64,000 bases of DNA. Source: Candidatus Parcubacteria bacterium (GTDB taxonomy: Bacteria; Patescibacteriota; Minisyncoccia; Phycocordibacterales; JAKAEA01). The stretch is taken from positions 4,043-68,042 of the forward strand of contig CAWDXL010000016.1 in NCBI GenBank assembly GCA_963806325.1. The letters run 5' to 3'. Made by a program: the position numbers and the translations under genes. Positions within the stretch are counted from its first letter, which is position 1. Every line of letters starts with the position of its first letter. The notes under the pieces are model-generated. The model did no database searches and had not been told where the DNA came from. It was given only the letters and a program-made list of their open reading frames with translations. Below, one piece after another: positions 58,206 through 64,000 of this stretch.

Positions 58206-58293
58206 AAGATGGTTTTTCGATGAAGTTTTTATGTTGTTTTTGTTGTAATTGTATCATTATGCGACACTGATTTTGAGTCCAACTTGATTTACC
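58206..58293. repeat. Imperfect direct repeat R2, copy b
   Basis: See R2a. The exact 14-mer AGATGGTTTTTCGA is at 58206-58219, and the conserved distal block ends at 58293. Confidence 0.55.
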
Positions 58294-58714
58294 CTGTATT
58301 ATAGGCATATTTTTCCTAAACAATAGCAAAATTCTCTTATTTATAGGCCTATTTATATCAATAATACGTCTTTCTAATAAATGTAATTATAGAAATCAAT
58401 AGTATATAAAATTGAATAGTGTTTGAAGACTTTTTGTATAGTTTTTTGACTCTTTTTTCTCTACAATAATCCCTATAAATATAGCTTTTTGACACCTAAA
58501 AAAGCACTTTTTGTCTTTTCCGCAGGGAAAATAAGCCATAAAAACCCCGCTAATCAGTGTTTCTCTAGGGGAAAGTATAGATACACTATACAGGTTTAAC
58601 CAAGGCTCTATTCGTAGTAGAGGTATACTCAGAAGCGATATATTTTTTTAAGTTACTAACTGACTGGTAGTGTCGAGTCTGTGTTTTAAGATGGAGATTG
58701 TGTGTTTCTATTCT

Positions 58715-59188
58715 TTATCTGTTCCGGAAGAGACCGAGTAAAAGTAACGTTGCAATAATAGCTAAAAGAACCCCAATGCCTCCTCCGAGCGCATAGCCTA
58801 TCCATATAATCCCTATTACAGTTGCAGCCAATAATGAGACCCCGATTATTATCCCAACAATACCATCGACAACCCTCATTAGTGGACTCATTATTGGGTT
58901 GAGGATGAGCACTATTAAATTTATAGGTACAATCATGAGCCAAAGTAATACTGGTATAAGTAGAATAAATAAAATACTACCCAGGGTGGTGAGTGCAGTG
59001 ATGTATGCCCACTTGATTCCGCCAGTTAGTCCAAGCAAGAAAGCGCCTAGAACAATAAGACTTATTGAGGTTAAAATCCACTGTTTTATTCTGTAAAGCG
59101 TCCTGTATATATTAAGAAAATCTTTTATTGGAGAGAATGCCTCTGATAATATTTTTATTTGTCTCGAATTATGAGTTCTGTTTTCCAT
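58715..59188 (-). CDS. Polytopic membrane protein (4-5 TM)
   Basis: 157 aa and strongly hydrophobic (ISLIVLGAFLLGLTGG; LGSILFILLIPVLLWLMIV; GIVGIIIGVSLLAATVIGIIWIGYALGGGIGVLLAIIATLLLLGLF). No motif recognised. Confidence 0.5.
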   Translation of the reverse strand: MENRTHNSRQIKILSEAFSPIKDFLNIYRTLYRIKQWILTSISLIVLGAFLLGLTGGIKWAYITALTTLGSILFILLIPVLLWLMIVPINLIVLILNPIMSPLMRVVDGIVGIIIGVSLLAATVIGIIWIGYALGGGIGVLLAIIATLLLLGLFRNR

Positions 59189-59220
59189 AATTTATTTACA
59201 TGATAAATCGTCTAACAAAG

Positions 59221-60183
59221 CTATATTTGTTGGTTCCAGCAGCCAGAATTATTATTACTGCAGAGGTGTGACATGTAACTACTCGAGAAATTGCTGAGAG
59301 TATTGCTTGGCATGCTATTCTCTTGCAGAAATGAGGCAATGATATTGAAGGCGGTGATGGCACTCTGCATATCTCCGTTAGCATTATTATAGTGATATTC
59401 ACCGCTATTACCCTCAGTGCTATCATACCCGCTCTGATATTCAGAGGCTGCATTGTTAAAATTAGATGATGCAGTTATGAGGCTTTGAGTAATATTTTGA
59501 TACGCAGCGCCTTTATAATTGTACTCATTGGCTAGATTCGAAGCATCTGTATTTGCGGGAATCAAATCAAGGGCAGCAGCGCTATTATCGATAAAAGGGT
59601 CTGGAAATTTTTGAGTAAGACTTTCTCGAGCTTGTTCCATTTGGTCATAACCATCCATTATCTTGAAATAGATATTTTTTACCGCACTCTCAAAGGCAGC
59701 ATCATTAATTGGTGCCAGTACTGTTACAGAGGAGGTTGGAGTAGCAGTTCCAGGCCCAGAGTGACATGGTGCACCCGTAATCGTGTTATACATGTCTCCA
59801 GGCGAGGCACAAGGGGTAGAAGTAGTGGTTGTTTGTGTTGCGGGTATAGTGGTATCCATTGCACTAGTGGAACTTTGTATTGTTGAAGATGAAGTACTTG
59901 TGCCAAGATGCATATTGATATAAGCACGGGTAATTGCACCGAAGTATCCGGATGCAGGTGCAATGCCAGCAATGGTTTGATATACAGCTACGGCAGTTTG
60001 TGTTAATGCACCAAAATATCCTGTTGGTTGAGCATTAAGAAGACCTTTTGAGATTAAATATTGTTGAAGTTGTGTTACTTCCGGCCCAGAGCTTCCTGTA
60101 GAGAGATTTGTATTAAAATCCGCAAGAGTTACAAACGGAATAAATGCTACTACGGCTACTAGGAGAATAGCTAATTTTTTCAT
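59221..60183 (-). CDS. Secreted protein with tandem PG_binding_1-like segments
   Basis: Start chosen at MKKLAILLVAVVAFIPFVTLA (60183). Contains GPEVTQLQQYLISKGLLNAQPTGYFGALTQTAVAVYQTIAGI and a second GYFGAITRAYI. No catalytic motif recognised. Confidence 0.6.
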   Translation of the reverse strand: MKKLAILLVAVVAFIPFVTLADFNTNLSTGSSGPEVTQLQQYLISKGLLNAQPTGYFGALTQTAVAVYQTIAGIAPASGYFGAITRAYINMHLGTSTSSSTIQSSTSAMDTTIPATQTTTTSTPCASPGDMYNTITGAPCHSGPGTATPTSSVTVLAPINDAAFESAVKNIYFKIMDGYDQMEQARESLTQKFPDPFIDNSAAALDLIPANTDASNLANEYNYKGAAYQNITQSLITASSNFNNAASEYQSGYDSTEGNSGEYHYNNANGDMQSAITAFNIIASFLQENSMPSNTLSNFSSSYMSHLCSNNNSGCWNQQI

Positions 60184-60417
60184 GGAAATTATTTTTTCTA
60201 ATAATCCCAGTGATGGAGTACAAAAAGCCCACCACATGAGTAGAGGCCGAAGCCTCTCATACCAGTTTCCTAGTATGGCCAAGCAGGACACCCCATATGA
60301 TGGGTTTTTTATCCTGCTTGGACTCTTTTCACCATGCCAGCAATTGCTTACTGGTTTAGGCTACTTACTTATTAAATTGTCATTTGACTATACAACAGAA
60401 AGAGTATAATCACAACC

Positions 60418-61083
60418 ATGAACGCCACATCTGAAGAGGTAGATTTTCTTGATGAGATATTCTTTGAGGTACAAAAAATAAGTAAAGAAAAACTCACCGA
60501 AGAATATGAAAAGAAATTCACTTTTGAGCTATCTTTTGAAGAAATTAATCGAAAACCGTTTCCGTGCTCCCTTTTGGCAGATAGCTATAGACATATTGCA
60601 AAAAGGCTAGAAAGAAAAGGGGTAGTTCAGTTTGTCGGCTTAGATAACTACTATCCAGAAAAAATTTCCTTTTCCATCTGCCTAATTCCACAGGATTTTC
60701 TCAAATTCTATTATCAGAAAAAAGGTATGATAAATAATCTTGAGGTAAAAGATTTCTCCGTATCTTTAAAGGATTGTAAAATCAGATTCGATGATGAGAG
60801 AGCAATTATTTTTATCAACGAAATACCTTGTCAACTAGCGCCACATTCACACGAGCATTGTCTTGCTAGAATGATGCTTACTCAGGAATCAAATGCCCCT
60901 GTCCAGGCGGTAGATATATATGAAGAAATAACGGGTGTTGAAATGGGAATGAGAGGGATTAAGAAAAAATTAAAACTCGTGCAAGATGCGATGTATTCTA
61001 TAAATGGCAAAGTTAAAGAAATAATTAATACGAAAGATATCCTATTTAGCTCGAAGAATAAGCTTATAATAAGGAATTTTTAA
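60418..61083 (+). CDS. Hypothetical protein
   Basis: 221-aa ORF preceded by TTGACT..TATAAT-like hexamers that end 7 nt before the ATG (possibly leaderless). No motif recognised. Confidence 0.45.
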   Translation: MNATSEEVDFLDEIFFEVQKISKEKLTEEYEKKFTFELSFEEINRKPFPCSLLADSYRHIAKRLERKGVVQFVGLDNYYPEKISFSICLIPQDFLKFYYQKKGMINNLEVKDFSVSLKDCKIRFDDERAIIFINEIPCQLAPHSHEHCLARMMLTQESNAPVQAVDIYEEITGVEMGMRGIKKKLKLVQDAMYSINGKVKEIINTKDILFSSKNKLIIRNF

Positions 61084-61385
61084 TCCGAGTCGGAAGTGAG
61101 TCGGCAGCAGAAAAGCTACGCTTATGACAGCCTGTTTTTTATTTGGAGAAATGTGAACACCAACAAGAAAGCCTGTTGCTCTCTTGGCAGATGCCTTTTG
61201 GCGTTCACAGTCTGCCAAGTGAGGAGCGGGCTTCTTTGTGTCAGAAGAAGCTCAAAATCAACAGAATAAAGATGAACAGTCTCTTAGTCGAGAAGAGATT
61301 ATTCATCTTGCAAAGATTTTTGATTTGTTGGCTTTGGCTGAGAGAGAATTAGAAGCAAATAACAAGAAGTCTAACGATATATAAA

Positions 61386-61793
61386 ATGGATATTATTTCA
61401 CAAGATTGGTTTCAGGCTCTCGTTGAAGAAATGTCTGCGACCATAACAGAGCGAAGTTTTAACGCTCGATGGGAGACAGTACAGTGCTATCACGAGATTG
61501 GAACAGCAATTCTTAAAGAAAATGACAACTTTGAGAGATGTAAAATTTATGGTCAACAGATTGTGCAGACCGTTGCAGAGTTTTTGAATAAAAAACCGCG
61601 AGTCATATACTATGCCGTACAATTTGCAAAGATGTTTCCGGACATAGATTCTCTGAAGGAAGGGAAAAATGTTAGCTGGTCAAAAATATGCAAAGAGATA
61701 TTGCCTCGTCATTCTACAGATTGCTCCCATGCAGAGCGTGAAAAAGTGACGATTGAAATATGCAAGAAATGTAAAAAGAAAATAATAGAATAA
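61386..61793 (+). CDS. Hypothetical protein (weak resemblance to DUF1016 N-terminal-type phage/plasmid proteins)
   Basis: 135 aa: WFQALVEEMSATITERSFNARWETVQCYHEIGTAILKE ... YGQQIVQTVAEFL. A C-terminal Cys cluster CSHAE..CKKCKKK. Weak call. Confidence 0.4.
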   Translation: MDIISQDWFQALVEEMSATITERSFNARWETVQCYHEIGTAILKENDNFERCKIYGQQIVQTVAEFLNKKPRVIYYAVQFAKMFPDIDSLKEGKNVSWSKICKEILPRHSTDCSHAEREKVTIEICKKCKKKIIE

Positions 61794-61873
61794 TGTTATT
61801 TATAGCCATATTATTGTGAGTAAAAATATGGAAAACCACAAGAATAAATGGTACAATTTTAATGAAATAGCCT

Positions 61874-63463
61874 ATGGAAATAAAACCTAAATCAATCATA
61901 TATGCCCGTGTCTCTTCACGGGAACAGGAATCCGGATACTCACTAGATTCTCAGAAAAAATTATTGAATGAGTATGCTGAGACTCATCGCCTTAAGGTTG
62001 TCAAAGTGTTTTCCGTGTCTGAATCTGCAAATGGGAAAAAGCAACGAGAAACATTTACTGAAATGATGAGTTTTGCTGTTAAAAATGATATTAAACATAT
62101 CCTTTGTGAAAAAACAGACCGTCTTACCCGCAACTTTAAAGATGCGGTATCTGTTGATGAGTGGGTTAACTCTAACGGGGAAAGGAGAGTGCATTTCGTG
62201 AAAGAGAATATGATTCTGCACCGAGATGCAAAATCTAATGAGAAGTTTATATGGAGTATAAAAGTTTCTGTCGCGCAGTACTATATAAATAACTTATCTG
62301 AAGAGGTAAAAAAGGGTTTACTTGGAAAATTGGAAGCCGGTTATCTACCGTATCAACCAAAGTTTGGGTATAAGAGTGCTAAACAAGATGGTAAAAATAT
62401 CCATGTTATAGATGAAAATGAAGCCGTGTTTATTGTGCGCATATTTGATATGTATTCGACGGGCAATTATTCTATCAATATTCTTAGGAAGAAATTGTTT
62501 GATGAAGGGATGAGAACTCGTCACGGCAAGAACATGTCTATAAGTAGAATAGCGGCTATTCTTGGTGACCCTTTCTACTATGGAGCATTACCCTGGAAGG
62601 GTGGAATACATGAACAACCAGGTAAGCATACTCCACTGGTATCACGTGAGCTGTATGACAAGGTTCAACTTATTTTAAGTGGTAAGGGTGCACCTAAACA
62701 TAGCAAACATACCTTTCCTTTTAGAAAGCTTTTGTTGTGCGCGAATTGTGGCGGCACCATGACTGGTGAATTACAGAAAGGGAATATTTATTACAGATGC
62801 AAGGGTTACGGTGGTTGTATGGTAAAAAGCTCAATCCGAGAGGATGATATTGAAAAGCAGATATTGGCCTCCTTTGAAATTTTTAGGAAGCTGTCTGATA
62901 AGGAGAGGGAAGAAGTAAGACAAGCCGTCCTTGACCTGCATAAAGAAGATTCTCAGTTTCGTGAAAAGTCATTAGCGAAGCTAACAACCGAACGTCAGAC
63001 TCTTGAGAGTCAGCGTGATACTCTCTATGAAGATAGGTTAGCTCAGCGTATTTCTATTGAAAAATGGCAAGTTAAAGATATGGATTATGAGTTTCGTATC
63101 AAGCAAGTAGAAGCTGCTATTGCTAAGCAGAGTGATGAGCAGACCAAATATTTTAAAGTTGGCTCAAGTCTTGTTGATTTAGCATTTAAAGCCGAGAAAC
63201 TTTATAAAGCATTGAATCCCGAGAAGCGCCGAGAATTGCTCAAGCTAATTTTCGCGAACCTCAAAGTTAACGGTAAAAAAGTCATATTTAGCTTCGTAAA
63301 ACCAGTAGAGAAACTGGTTGAGCGTATTAAGGAACGATTACAGCTAGAATTCATTTCCGAACTCAAGAAAGATGTTGCAGTACCTACGCTAAATCAATTT
63401 CCAGAACTCTTTTATTCTATAGTGTCCGCCCAGCAGGAATCGAACCTGCGACCATCTCCTTAA
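61874..63463 (+). mobile_element. Large serine recombinase (integrase) gene
   Basis: Resolvase-type N-terminus IIYARVSSREQESGYSLDSQ (nucleophile Ser) ... EKTDRLTRN, then a recombinase domain. A zinc ribbon CANCGG..YYRCKGYGGC is followed by a long coiled coil. The last 39 nt of the ORF overlap the 3' end of tRNA-Lys on the opposite strand. Confidence 0.85.
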
Positions 63464-63497
63464 AAGGGAGCTGCTCTACCATCTGAGCTATGGGCGG
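63425..63497 (-). tRNA. tRNA-Lys (anticodon UUU)
   Basis: Manual cloverleaf: CCGCCCA TA GCTC AGATGGTA GAGC A GCTCC CTTTTAA GGAGA TGGTC GCAGG TTCGATT CCTGC TGGGCGG A. 73 nt. The C1-G72 pair and a G-A mismatch at the top of the anticodon stem are slightly unusual. Confidence 0.8.
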
Positions 63498-63590
63498 ATA
63501 TATACGTACCGACGTAAGAAGTTTATACCACAAAAAGTACTAAAATAAAAGCTGCATTGAAAAAAGACCGCTTTTGAGTATCATGCAGAC

Positions 63591-64000
63591 ATGCCTAGCA
63601 GCAAAAATTTTAAAAATAAAATTATAGACGATACGATAAGTGTGCCAAAAGTGTATGTCCTTCTGAACAATATCAGGAGCTTATATAATGTCGGTTCTAT
63701 ATTTAGGACTGCTGACGCGGCTGGGATATCTAAAATATATTTGACCGGCTATACGCCGACGCCCATTGATAAATTTGGCCGACCTGTGAAAGAGCTTGAG
63801 AAAGTCGCGTTAGGAGGGGAGAAGAGTGTCGGCTGGGAATATCATAAAAATCCAATAATTTTAATTAAGAAATTAAGACAAGAACAGCGGGAGCAAAAAG
63901 AAAAATTGCATATTGTGGCGGTGGAGCAGGATAAAAAATCGGTGGATTATAAAAAGGTAAAAATAAAATACCCCGTGCTTTTCGTTGTGGGGAATGAGGT
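63591..64000 (+). CDS. SpoU/TrmH-family RNA 2'-O-methyltransferase, 5' part (runs off the window)
   Basis: Hand translation from the ATG at 63591: MPSSKNFKNKIIDD..VYVLLNNIRSLYNVGSIFRTADAAGISKIYLTGYTPTP...LHIVAVEQD..KYPVLFVVGNE. These are SpoU methylase motifs. It is not in the ORF track because no stop is reached. Confidence 0.75.
   Translation, partial: MPSSKNFKNKIIDDTISVPKVYVLLNNIRSLYNVGSIFRTADAAGISKIYLTGYTPTPIDKFGRPVKELEKVALGGEKSVGWEYHKNPIILIKKLRQEQREQKEKLHIVAVEQDKKSVDYKKVKIKYPVLFVVGNE

Noticed and set aside
61143-61352. The 69-aa ORF between the 221-aa and 135-aa genes.
   Set aside because: Its sequence is implausible. A different frame (61238..61384, GTG start, helix-like EEAQNQQNKDEQSLSREEIIHLAKIFDLLALAERELEANNKK) looks more protein-like, but it is too short and unsupported to call.
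1-64000. An alternative genetic code (stop-codon reassignment) as the explanation for the in-frame stops in virB4 and the JAB-like ORF.
   Set aside because: TAA, TAG and TGA all terminate well-conserved genes at the expected positions (for example dnaA, polA, rsmA, bcp, yidC). Most disruptions are frameshifts, not stops.
1-64000. CRISPR arrays, rRNA genes, IS elements with terminal inverted repeats, and reverse transcriptases.
   Set aside because: I saw no regularly spaced short repeats, no rRNA-like conserved blocks, no transposase motifs (DDE or HUH) and no RT motifs (YxDD) on reading the ORF set and intergenic regions.

Overview
A 64-kb chromosomal window from a low-GC bacterium with short genes. 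Gene content looks Patescibacteria/CPR-like (Parcubacteria-type). This placement is inference from many Ig-repeat surface proteins with PG_binding_1 domains, a minimal VirB4/VirB6 type IV secretion-like operon, a lone PilB ATPase, and the absence of biosynthetic genes. The window spans the replication origin (rpmH-rnpA-yidC on the minus strand, dnaA-dnaN on the plus strand, with DnaA-box clusters on both sides of dnaA). Housekeeping genes include comM, pcrA/uvrD, rsmA, PBP1A, tyrS, ruvB-yebC-ruvC, pilB, tsaE, polA, holA and bcp, plus tRNA-Arg(CCG), tRNA-Lys(UUU) and the start of a SpoU/TrmH methyltransferase. Four regions deserve a second look. (1) A 12-gene operon (8.3-20.9 kb) encodes a stripped-down T4SS-like machine surrounded by unrecognisable secreted proteins. 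(2) A probable metal-starvation island (49.5-54.1 kb) has a Fur/Zur-like regulator lying divergently from a COG0523 GTPase with an unknown C-terminal extension, a DIT1/PvcA-like (isonitrile-synthase family) protein joined to a HAD-like domain, and a 148-aa unknown. Two TGCAA-N5-TTGCA palindromes sit in the shared promoter region. (3) A roughly 480-nt, hairpin-dense, non-coding transcription unit (56.9-57.4 kb) has a consensus promoter and a terminator, and lies in an area of imperfect direct repeats that bracket gene cassettes. (4) An AT-rich element ends in a large serine recombinase whose 3' end runs into tRNA-Lys. A technical or biological oddity runs through the whole window: at least 17 single-base frame disruptions and 3 in-frame stops hit otherwise well-conserved genes, and six of them fall within 290 nt of the tyrS 5' end. 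No CRISPR array, rRNA or reverse transcriptase was seen. All homology statements come from motif recognition by eye, not from searches.
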